Below are positions 37,841 through 46,033 of a DNA stretch of 64,000 nt, in pieces. The notes beneath the pieces are model-generated. The model ran no database searches and was not told where the DNA came from. It saw only the letters and a list, made by a program, of their open reading frames with translations. The translations under genes and the position numbers were made by a program. Numbering within the stretch: the stretch's first letter is position 1; each line of letters starts with the position of its first letter. Source of the stretch: an uncultured archaeon (GTDB lineage Archaea > Micrarchaeota > Micrarchaeia > Micrarchaeales > CABMGC01); the NCBI GenBank assembly GCA_963752955.1, contig CAVWAD010000007.1, forward strand, positions 148,947-212,946. The letters run 5' to 3'.

Positions 37841-38887
37841 TCAAGGAGGCGATATGTACGCCGCGCAGTGGTTGCTGTTCGGTATGGTGCTCTGGAACGC
37901 GTAGATCTGGCTCAGGATTGTCTGGGAGAGGCCGTCGAAGACGCCCGTGAATGTCGCGTTGGTGACGGCGTCCGTCGCTGTGTTGACCGAGAGCGTCAAT
38001 GCCGGACCGCTCGTGTCGGGCGAGGGCGACGTGGTGGAGTAGGTGACCTTGAAGTTGCCCGCCGAGCCGAGCTGGGTCGCGCTCGCCACTATGTCCGTGG
38101 GGGTGAACTTGCTTGCGTTGTAGAAGGAGCCCGGGCCCGAGGGCATGGTGTGGTAGTACCTCACATAGGTTATGTTGTAGGTGTTCGGGTCGCACGTCCT
38201 GTCCGAATTGTAGAGAGCCTTGAAATCGACCATCATCTTGCCCAACGGCGAGCTGTTCGCTATGCTCAGCGCCTCCTACTGCTGAGTGGCGGATGCCGAC
38301 TGCGCTACCGTCGTGGTGGTCGCGACGGTGGTCGATGCCGTTGTCGCCCCGGGCGCGCCGCTGCCGACGCTGCCAAGATTGCCGGACGAGCCGACCGCTG
38401 TGCCGCCCGAGGCGCCGAACGCCAGAGGGCTCAGGACGCTGACGCTGCTGCTTGGCCTGACGTCGAGCGAGGCCGGCAGGGGCGTTATCGAGACGGTGGC
38501 GCCCGTGGCGCTGCCTGACACGAGCCTTACGTTCATGTCGGCGGTTCCGGACCCGCTGCTGCTGACGTTCGCGCTCGCGCCGGGAGTCAGCGAGAAGAGG
38601 GAGATGGAGCCGAAAAGCACGGGGGTCTGGCTGGCGTAGAACGTGGCGGCGCCGGCGGAGGAGCTCTGTAGCCTGACGACCACGATGCTGCCGAGGACGC
38701 TGAAGTAAGAGGTCTGGTTCGCGCGGAGGCTGACCGTCTTGGTGGACGCTATTCCCGTGACGCTGGGCTGCGTCAGGAAGTAGGCCGCGACGATCGCCGC
38801 GACGATTATGACCGCCGCGACGGCGATGCCCTGCCTCTTGAACTTTCCTCCGCCGGGTCCTACGATACTGTGTCTGGTTTTAAGCAA
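37841..38887 (-). pseudogene. Membrane-anchored Ser/Thr-rich surface protein interrupted by one in-frame TAG (38276-38278)
   Basis: Track ORFs 38276..38887 and 37841..38245 are in the same frame: ...SATQQ-TAG-EALSIANSSPLGKMM... Confidence 0.7.
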
Positions 38888-38974
38888 CTTACCACTGGGT
38901 TCGGTGCTTAAAGCTATGATGAGAAATAATATTATTCTTTCGTTGTAATTAGTATCGGCGCGACCGGTGGTAGA

Positions 38975-40165
38975 ATGAAGAACCTAGAGGATGTGGAATC
39001 GGACATAATGAAGCTCATAAACGACAAGCAGGAGGTCACCTACGACGAGCTGCGGGATTTCTCCAATTCCCTTGAGATCGATTCCGGCACCCTTGAGAAG
39101 GGGCTCGGCGAGCTCGAGAAGGCAAACGCCATAGCCGCCAGGAACAGCGGCGGCATACGCACCTACTACCTGCTCCAGGAGGAGTGGCAGATAAAGAGAA
39201 TATTCGTGGTCGAGGACGACAAGAACATAAACAAGCTGATGAAGCTGACGGTCGGCAAGGACCACGAGATAACGCAGATCTACGACGGCAGCGAGGCGCT
39301 GAAGAGGATACGGGCGGAGAAGCCGGACCTGGTCATACTCGACCTCATGCTTCCGGGGCTCGACGGGCTTGAGATATGCCAGAACATCAAGAAGGACCCG
39401 GAGCTGAGCGACATGACCATCATACTCGTCAGCGCGCTGGACGCGACGTCGAACAGGTTCAAGGGGATAAAGTACGGGGCGGACTACTACATAAGGAAGC
39501 CGTTCGACCCGGACGAGCTGAGGAACCTCGTCACGATCTTCCTGAAGAAGTCCGGGAAGAAGTTCGACCCCCTCATAGACCTGCCCAACGAGGAGCGCAT
39601 ATCGGACAGCGTCGAGAAGTCGCTGCAGGAGTCCAGCTCCACCTACGACATGGGAAGGCTCAGGGTCGACGGCCTCGCCAGGTTCGCGGGCAAGTTCGGC
39701 AACGAGTCCGGCATAACGATCCTCAGGCTCGTCTCCCAGCTGCTGCAGGACAAGATCAAGGACGCGGGCGGGAACATATTCGTGGGCTTCCTCTGCGGCG
39801 ACGACTTCGTGATCGCCGGGGACAAGAAGAAGGTCGACCACATAGTGGATGCGATAAGCTCCGAGTTCGACGCCGTGCTGCCCTTCATATACCAGAGCGA
39901 GGGCTACAAGCCCATCGAGCTCGGCATAGAGGACATGTACGGGGCGCAGCAGCCCAAGCTGTCCCTCACCTACGCGGAGATACAGAAGTCTTCCCTGATG
40001 GAGAGGAGGGCCGAGGTGCTCAAGAACAAGAAGGCGGGCGCCGGGGACATAGGGTCCTACACCTACGAGGAGCTGAGGCACATGCTCGGGAGCGAGAGCT
40101 TCGACATCACGATAACAAGGGACCCCAGCGGCGGGGTCAGGCTCGCCGTGGGCAAGAGCGGCTAG
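38975..40165 (+). CDS. Response regulator: wHTH-like + REC + degenerate GGDEF-like domain
   Basis: REC VVEDD, ILDLMLPGLDG, VSA, GADYYIRKPF; then DPLIDLPN, KFGNESG..ILR.VSQLL and FLCGDDFVI. Confidence 0.85.
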   Translation: MKNLEDVESDIMKLINDKQEVTYDELRDFSNSLEIDSGTLEKGLGELEKANAIAARNSGGIRTYYLLQEEWQIKRIFVVEDDKNINKLMKLTVGKDHEITQIYDGSEALKRIRAEKPDLVILDLMLPGLDGLEICQNIKKDPELSDMTIILVSALDATSNRFKGIKYGADYYIRKPFDPDELRNLVTIFLKKSGKKFDPLIDLPNEERISDSVEKSLQESSSTYDMGRLRVDGLARFAGKFGNESGITILRLVSQLLQDKIKDAGGNIFVGFLCGDDFVIAGDKKKVDHIVDAISSEFDAVLPFIYQSEGYKPIELGIEDMYGAQQPKLSLTYAEIQKSSLMERRAEVLKNKKAGAGDIGSYTYEELRHMLGSESFDITITRDPSGGVRLAVGKSG

Positions 40166-40237
40166 GCACAGCTTGCGACGGGGCCGTTGCGGTTTTCTGC
40201 GGAGCGGGGGCTAGCGGATGAAACCATTGGAAGAACC

Positions 40238-40579
40238 TTACCTTTTCCTTTTTGATCCCTTGCGCTTCTTCGGCTTGCTTTTCCTTGCGGCGGGCTTTTT
40301 TGCCTTGCGCTGCGGCCGCCTCTTTCGCGCGGGCGCGGGCCTCTCGAAGACGTTCCTCCCCGCCATCTTTCTGTTCTCCAGGAGGTCGACTATATGCGAC
40401 TCCCCCGCGGGCCTCTCCTCCACCGCGCTGTCGGACGCGGCCTGGCTCTGCACGTTTCCGAAAAGGAGTATCTCGTCTATCTTCTGCGCCCTCCTCAGTG
40501 CCTCGAGCTTCTTGCTGCTCTTCGAACTCCCTGACGTTCTTGACCCTACCCGTTTTTTTGCCCCCTTCGTCATGCCCAT
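40238..40579 (-). CDS. Small, highly basic (Lys/Arg-rich) protein
   Basis: Basic N- and C-tails (RKAKKPAARKSKPKKRKGSKRKR); AT-rich TATA-like sequence upstream. Confidence 0.6.
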   Translation of the reverse strand: MGMTKGAKKRVGSRTSGSSKSSKKLEALRRAQKIDEILLFGNVQSQAASDSAVEERPAGESHIVDLLENRKMAGRNVFERPAPARKRRPQRKAKKPAARKSKPKKRKGSKRKR

Positions 40580-40812
40580 ACCATCGAAATTAAATAGTTT
40601 ACCAACGCAACATTTAAATGCTATATCTCGCAGCTAGCACCGCGACTGACAGAAGTGATCGCATGATAAGTTACTATCCCACACCCGGGCAACGCCGGGG
40701 AGGTCGCGCCAATATTTAATGGCATGGCCGACATAGATGAGATGCAGGCCATCGGAATAGGGGAAGGCGATGCCCTAGATTTCGGGAAGGTCGACGAGCT
40801 GAGGGTAATAAT

Positions 40813-41490
40813 CTAACAGGTAATGCTGATTTTTCCGCGGACGTGCTCGGCCAAGTAAGTAACTATTTCTCCCCCGTAACGAGAGGATGCTTTGGGTTTG
40901 GATATAAATCGGTCACGGTAGCTTATTCCGTTGCTAAAGTAGCCATCTCTGATTCCCACTTCATCAATGTGCGCATTAAACATTATGAGCTGAGCAGGGT
41001 CCAGCGTGCTGCTATCCCTATGCGACAGGATTCGTTTGATTTGCGAGTCCGTCAAGGCATTTACCGCCTCCTTTGGAGGCAAGCTTCCCGCGCCCCTCAA
41101 TTTCAGACCTTTGGGCCATGACAGGTCTTTTGTCCACGGTACCTGGGCGGTGTCTTTGACAACCGCATTCCAGTTTATATTGCCGAACATCAGGATTTCG
41201 CCCGCGCCCACTGCCAAAGGTGTCTGATCCGTGGATGTGCCGCGTAAAAAGATGCTGTCCTGCTTGCCGTCTATTCGGACTATGATGCAGTCGTGCACCT
41301 GGTCGCGGCCTCGCCCTCCTTCTGGTTTGGTGAAATCCAAAGTCCACTCCCAAACCCCCCACAATATTTCGCCCCATTTTGAGCAATCTTTGTAAAGACA
41401 AGCCAGGACTTCATCGGCCTTTAATCCAGCCCTTCTGAGATTCGCGAACTTAGGATCAGCTTTAACAAGTTGCCTCTCCATTAATAGCAC
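40813..41490 (-). CDS. Hypothetical protein (lower GC)
   Basis: 225 aa ORF with atypical codon usage; no motif recognised. Confidence 0.55.
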   Translation of the reverse strand: MLLMERQLVKADPKFANLRRAGLKADEVLACLYKDCSKWGEILWGVWEWTLDFTKPEGGRGRDQVHDCIIVRIDGKQDSIFLRGTSTDQTPLAVGAGEILMFGNINWNAVVKDTAQVPWTKDLSWPKGLKLRGAGSLPPKEAVNALTDSQIKRILSHRDSSTLDPAQLIMFNAHIDEVGIRDGYFSNGISYRDRFISKPKASSRYGGEIVTYLAEHVRGKISITC

Positions 41491-41602
41491 TACAGGTATG
41501 ATGGTTTCTTGGTATATATGATTTGCGCAGTAAGATTGATGGATTTTAAGTTGTTGCGCGTCCGAAAGAAAGGATGTTGAAGTATCCGAGCTGGGTGAAA
41601 CT

Positions 41603-42064
41603 GTGAAGGTCTACGCTTACACGGACGGAGCCGCGAGGGGCAATCCCGGCGAGAGCGCCTCGGGGTACCACCTGCTCGACGGCGCTCACCGGCTGCTCGA
41701 AAGGCGCGCCTTCTACAACGGAATCTGCACGAACAACGTGGCGGAGTACAGGGCGGTTGTGGCCGCGCTGAAAAAGGCGCTGGAACTATTCGGAGCTGAA
41801 ACCGACATCGTGGTCGTCTCAGACAGCAATCTCGTGATAAACCAGCTCTCTGGGAGGTACAAGATAAGGAGCCAGAACCTGAAGGCTCTTAACAAGGAGG
41901 CCGGGGACCTCCTGTCGAGGTTCAAGGGCCACAGGCTGCTGAACGTGAGGAGGGAGGACGAGTACGTGTCGCGCGTGGATGGCGAACTGAACGCTCTGCT
42001 TGACAAAAAGGAGGGCGGCGCGACGCCGGTTTCACGACAGAAAAACCTGAAAGACAATGAATAA
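41603..42064 (+). CDS. rnhA: Ribonuclease HI family protein
   Basis: YTDGAARGNPG, TNNVAEY.A, SDS.LVINQL.G.Y, V.RE. Confidence 0.88.
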   Translation: MKVYAYTDGAARGNPGESASGYHLLDGAHRLLERRAFYNGICTNNVAEYRAVVAALKKALELFGAETDIVVVSDSNLVINQLSGRYKIRSQNLKALNKEAGDLLSRFKGHRLLNVRREDEYVSRVDGELNALLDKKEGGATPVSRQKNLKDNE

Positions 42065-42123
42065 ATAGGTGCAAAAGCAATATAAGATTGAATACTTATG
42101 ACACTACTGTCAGGTAGGTACTG

Positions 42124-44679
42124 ATGGCGGACGAACCCACAAAGAAGCCGGGGACGAACAATCCACGCGCTAAGGAGCTCTACGACGAGGGCGGAAAGCT
42201 CTTCGAGGAGAACAAGTTCGACGATGCCATAGAGCGCTACACCAAGGCGATCGAGAGGGACCCCGACTACGCCAGCGCGTACTTCAACAGGGCCCTGTCG
42301 TTCGCGATACTCAACAAGTACGACAACGCCACCAAGGACGCGAACAAGGTCCTCGCGCTCGAGCCGAACAGCTGCGACGCCCCGTACGTAATGGGCATCA
42401 TAAGCGAGTACAAGCAGGACTACGCGGGGGCGGCGGATTGGTACGAGAAGTCGCTGGCTAGCAACCCGAACTACGAGCAGGCCAGGTCGCGGCTCAGCGC
42501 GCTGAAGGAAAGGACAGGCAGCCCCGGCAAGCTGAAAGAGACGTCTTCGGGCTCGAAGCAGGAGAGCAAGACCGTCGTCGAGGAGGGCCAGATAAAGCAG
42601 GTCAGGTGGTTCACGTCTGACATGACCTTCAAGGACGTAGTGGGGATGAAGGACCAGAAGGAGATCATACACGACAACATCATGCTTGCGATAACGAAGC
42701 CCGAGCTGCTCAGGGCGTACGGCAAGAAGCTCGGCCTTGGCGCATTGTTCTACGGTCCGCCAGGCTGCGGAAAATGCGTGACTGGCGACACCAAAGTACT
42801 GCTTCCGGACGGAAGATGCTTGACGATAGAGGAAGTGGTCGAGAAAAGGGAGCCTTACGTGCTGACGCTGACTGCCAAGCACAAACTGGCAGTGAGGAAG
42901 GTCAGCGGATGGTGGAAGCTTGAGGGAAAACCTCTGCTAAAGATAACGACAAAGAGGGGAAGATCGGTAAGATGCACTCCGGAACACCCGTTCTTGGTCA
43001 GAGAAGGATGGAGGGAAGCGTCGACGCTCGAAGAAGGAGACAGAATAGGCGTACCGAGGCACGTCTCTGTATTCGGAAACAACACGATGCGCGAGTGCGA
43101 AATCAAGCTTCTTGCGTATTTCATTGCTGAGGGAGGCCTCACGCAGAGCAGCCCCAAATTTACGAATTCGGACGAGGAGATACTGGAAGATTTCAATTCC
43201 GCAGTGAGACAGTTCGATGGTGTCCTTCACACCAACACGCAGGTCGAAGGAAACGGCGTACTGACGCTGCAGGTTGTCGGACGGTATCGGACTTCGACGA
43301 ACCACAGGGAAAGGAGTTCCATCCAAAGGTTTCTGGACCTGCACGGCCTTTCGTATACAAATTCCAACACAAAGAAGATACCCCCTGCTGTTTTTACCCT
43401 TCAGAAACGCCTGCTGTCGCTGTTCTTGAACCGCCTTTACTCGGGGGACGGTTGGTTCGAGGACAGGGTGGAAGAGGGGGTCAGATTCGGGGATAGAAAG
43501 CACAGGGTCGTGGGATATTCGAGCAACTCCGAAACGCTCATAGAACAGCTGCAACACCTGCTGCTCAGGTTCGGGATACTCTCTAGTAGGAGGAGGAAAA
43601 ACAATGGAAATTTTGAGCTGCTTGTGTGGAGAAGCAGGGATGTCGATCTGTTCATAGACGAAATAGGCTTGTTTGGCAAGAAGGCGATTTCCCTCTCCAA
43701 GAAGAAGAATTCTTGGAGCAAAATCAAAAAGAAAGGGGGCAACAGGGTAGTTTATGAAGAAATAAAGAAGATTGAGAAGATAGAGGCGCCGGAGTACGTT
43801 TACGATCTGACAGTTGATGAAACCCATAACTTCTTGGCCAACGATTTCTTCGTGCACAACACCCACATAGTGAGGGCGATCGCCGGGGAGACGAAATCGA
43901 GGTTCATAGTGGCCAACATAAACGAGATAGTCGACATGTACGCGGGCAACACCGAGAAGAACATGCACGCGATCTTCGAGCAGGCCAGGAAGAACGCCCC
44001 ATGCATAATATTCTTCGACGAAGTCGACGCCCTCGGCACGAAGAGGGAGGGGGAGCAGCAGAGCACGATGAGGATGGCTGTCAACCAGTTCCTGCAGGAG
44101 CTCGACGGCGTGGAGAAGAACCCCGAGGGAATATTCGTCATCACGGCCACGAACCAGCCGTGGGACGTGGACCCCGCGCTGAAGAGGGCTGGCAGGCTCG
44201 GCGAGTCGATATACGTGCCCCCGCCCGACTACAGCACGCGAAAGCACGCGTTCATCTACCACACCGGCAAGATGCCGCTCGAGAAGCGCATCAGCTTCGG
44301 GAGGCTCGCCCGCGCGACGATGGGCTACTCCGGGGCGGACGTCTCCGAGGTCTGCGACAAGACCGCGCTCAGGGTCGCCGCGGAGGAGGACAGGACCGGA
44401 AAGAAGAGAAAGATAGCCATGAGCGACTTCGTGGCGATAATCAAGAAGAAGTCGACGGCGCTCGACGAGTGGTACGGGATGATCAAGAAGGACATAATAA
44501 GCAAGACCGAGACCCAGATAGTCGACGGCAAGAAGCAGGAGATCGTGAAGGAGGGCAAGCTCTCGGCGGAGGAGAAGGCAAAGTACAAGAGCCTGGTGAA
44601 GGACGTGAAGAAGAACTCGAACGCCTTCCAGAAGTTCCTGAAGAGGTTCATGCGTCTCTTCGCGATATACCTCTTCTAG
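42124..44679 (+). CDS. TPR-repeat AAA+ ATPase (single CDC48/Vps4-type AAA domain), intein-containing
   Basis: Three TPRs; Walker A GPPGCGK|T, Walker B IIFFDEVD, SRH ATNQPWDVDPALKRAGRL, GYSGADV. Confidence 0.9.
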   Translation: MADEPTKKPGTNNPRAKELYDEGGKLFEENKFDDAIERYTKAIERDPDYASAYFNRALSFAILNKYDNATKDANKVLALEPNSCDAPYVMGIISEYKQDYAGAADWYEKSLASNPNYEQARSRLSALKERTGSPGKLKETSSGSKQESKTVVEEGQIKQVRWFTSDMTFKDVVGMKDQKEIIHDNIMLAITKPELLRAYGKKLGLGALFYGPPGCGKCVTGDTKVLLPDGRCLTIEEVVEKREPYVLTLTAKHKLAVRKVSGWWKLEGKPLLKITTKRGRSVRCTPEHPFLVREGWREASTLEEGDRIGVPRHVSVFGNNTMRECEIKLLAYFIAEGGLTQSSPKFTNSDEEILEDFNSAVRQFDGVLHTNTQVEGNGVLTLQVVGRYRTSTNHRERSSIQRFLDLHGLSYTNSNTKKIPPAVFTLQKRLLSLFLNRLYSGDGWFEDRVEEGVRFGDRKHRVVGYSSNSETLIEQLQHLLLRFGILSSRRRKNNGNFELLVWRSRDVDLFIDEIGLFGKKAISLSKKKNSWSKIKKKGGNRVVYEEIKKIEKIEAPEYVYDLTVDETHNFLANDFFVHNTHIVRAIAGETKSRFIVANINEIVDMYAGNTEKNMHAIFEQARKNAPCIIFFDEVDALGTKREGEQQSTMRMAVNQFLQELDGVEKNPEGIFVITATNQPWDVDPALKRAGRLGESIYVPPPDYSTRKHAFIYHTGKMPLEKRISFGRLARATMGYSGADVSEVCDKTALRVAAEEDRTGKKRKIAMSDFVAIIKKKSTALDEWYGMIKKDIISKTETQIVDGKKQEIVKEGKLSAEEKAKYKSLVKDVKKNSNAFQKFLKRFMRLFAIYLF
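42775..43860 (+). mobile_element. Intein (362 aa) with LAGLIDADG endonuclease in Walker A
   Basis: Starts CVTGDT, TPEHPFL, LLAYFIAEGG and FLNRLYSGDG, ends YVYDLTV..THNFLANDFFVHN before Thr. Confidence 0.93.
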
Positions 44680-44757
44680 TTGGCTTTTACAGTACGCCCC
44701 GCCGGCTCAGGAAAGGCTTATCTACTTTCAAACTGGATTACTTATACAGGTGGACGG

Positions 44758-45000
44758 ATGAAGGACGAAATGAAAGGCGAGAAGATGGAGGGCATGATGA
44801 AGATGTGGAAGATGCGGAAGGAGATGCTCGATTCCATGGGCGAGAAGGAGCTCCGGGCGTTCATCACGGGCTACATCATGGCAGAGTCAAAGATACTGAG
44901 AAAGCTCGGCTCAAGGCACGGATGCGGTTGCGGATGTAGCTGTGGATGCGGCCAGGGGTGCGACTGCAAGGGCGGCTCGTGCGACTGCGGGAACAAATGA
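44758..45000 (+). CDS. Small Met-rich / Cys-rich putative metal-binding protein
   Basis: 80 aa; Met-rich N-terminus; C-tail HGCGCGCSCGCGQGCDCKGGSCDCGNK; SD-like AGGTGGA upstream. Confidence 0.75.
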   Translation: MKDEMKGEKMEGMMKMWKMRKEMLDSMGEKELRAFITGYIMAESKILRKLGSRHGCGCGCSCGCGQGCDCKGGSCDCGNK

Positions 45001-45106
45001 GCTATTGTTAATTCAGAAGTTTGGCAAATTCTTCCGGAGTTAATCCTACTTCTCTGATTATTGCTCTTTGGTATTAAGATATTTAAGCTTCTGGGTGGGT
45101 TTTGAA

Positions 45107-45178
45107 GGCCTCGGCCGGGAATCGGACCCGGTCCTGAGGGTCCACAGCCCTATATGCGGCCATTACACCACCGAGGCC
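45107..45178 (-). tRNA. tRNA-His(GTG) with genomically encoded G-1
   Basis: G-GCCTCGG/CCGAGGC-C, anticodon loop CT GTG GA, T-loop TCCGATT. Confidence 0.88.
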
Positions 45179-45240
45179 ATGCGTTTTATATGTGTTAATC
45201 ATTATTTATACTTAGCTGGATATGAAATATGCGGATCCCT

Positions 45241-45362
45241 GGCGGGGTAGCTCAGCCTGGTTAGAGCGCCAGACTCATATGCAAAGCACTATGAGTGATG
45301 AGCATTTTTGCGATGATTGCTAAGATATCTGGAGGTCGAGGGTTCGAATCACTCCCCCGCCA
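45241..45362 (+). tRNA. tRNA-Met(CAT), probably elongator, with 47-nt intron at 37/38 (45280-45326)
   Basis: Acceptor GGCGGGG/CCCCGCC, CCAGA-CT CAT A|intron|A-TCTGG, BHB-like junction with intron helix GCAA/TTGC, T-loop TTCGAAT. Confidence 0.9.
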
Positions 45363-45389
45363 AAATCTGTATTCCGGCCCGAAGTCTGT

Positions 45390-45620
45390 TCATCTCGCGC
45401 CAGCGCTCATTCCGTCCGCCGTCAGCGTATAATTGATATACGCTTGGCTCGCGCCTGAGATGTTTGCCGTGCTCAGGTATGACATTGTCTTTATCGCGGA
45501 ACTGCACCTATAGAACGCGAGGTTTATCGCGCCTTCGTAGCTTAGCTCGACAAAAAAGGCGCCGAGATACACCGCCACTATTAGGAAGACGAATACGATG
45601 ACCAGACCGTAGAAAGACAT
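45390..45620 (-). CDS. Small membrane / pilin-like protein
   Basis: N-terminal hydrophobic helix; last gene of the pilus operon. Confidence 0.55.
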   Translation of the reverse strand: MSFYGLVIVFVFLIVAVYLGAFFVELSYEGAINLAFYRCSSAIKTMSYLSTANISGASQAYINYTLTADGMSAGAR

Positions 45621-45627
45621 GCTACCA

Positions 45628-46029
45628 CTAGCTCCCTGCAAATATGCACACCTCGCTCGTCTCGTTGAGGGAAGTGAAACGGATGGGGACGCACTCGGAT
45701 GTGCCGTTGCCGGTCGCATTTCCGATTGAAAGCCCTGGGAACGCCAACTCGAAATGCCTTAACCCGAAGGCTTCCCTGTACGATTCCATCACTGCGCCCA
45801 GACAGGACGCATCCCCCGTCGAGCGCGCCAGGGCCACGCATCCGTTCGTGCTCCTGTTTGCAGCTATCTGTTCGGCCGCGTCGTACGCGGCCATGCTCTG
45901 TGCTAACCTGCTCCGGGCGGCGTAAACGTTGAAGTTGTTTAGGGATATCTCCCACGAGACGAAAGAGATTGCGGAGAGCACCACTAACAGCGAGATGAAG
46001 GCCTCCATAGTTGCAAACTGCGCGCGCAC
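45628..46029 (-). CDS. Class III signal peptide (pilin-like) protein
   Basis: MRA|QFATMEAFISLLVVL. Confidence 0.75.
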   Translation of the reverse strand: MRAQFATMEAFISLLVVLSAISFVSWEISLNNFNVYAARSRLAQSMAAYDAAEQIAANRSTNGCVALARSTGDASCLGAVMESYREAFGLRHFELAFPGLSIGNATGNGTSECVPIRFTSLNETSEVCIFAGS

Positions 46030-46033
46030 AGGG

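Noticed and set aside
37841-38887. Genome-wide TAG recoding (Pyl or Gln)
   Set aside because: TAG terminates several complete genes here (e.g. at 3877, 37779, 40165, 44679) and no pyl genes or suppressor tRNA are seen
38984-40081. Long antisense and alternate-frame ORFs (also 9825-10955, 15508-16545, 28141-29391, 32341-33612, 42937-44262)
   Set aside because: Shadows of high-GC3 genes on the other strand or frame; no motifs
45107-45362. tRNA pair as the integration site of an island or provirus
   Set aside because: No integrase and no duplicated tRNA end found in the window; flanking genes have host-like composition
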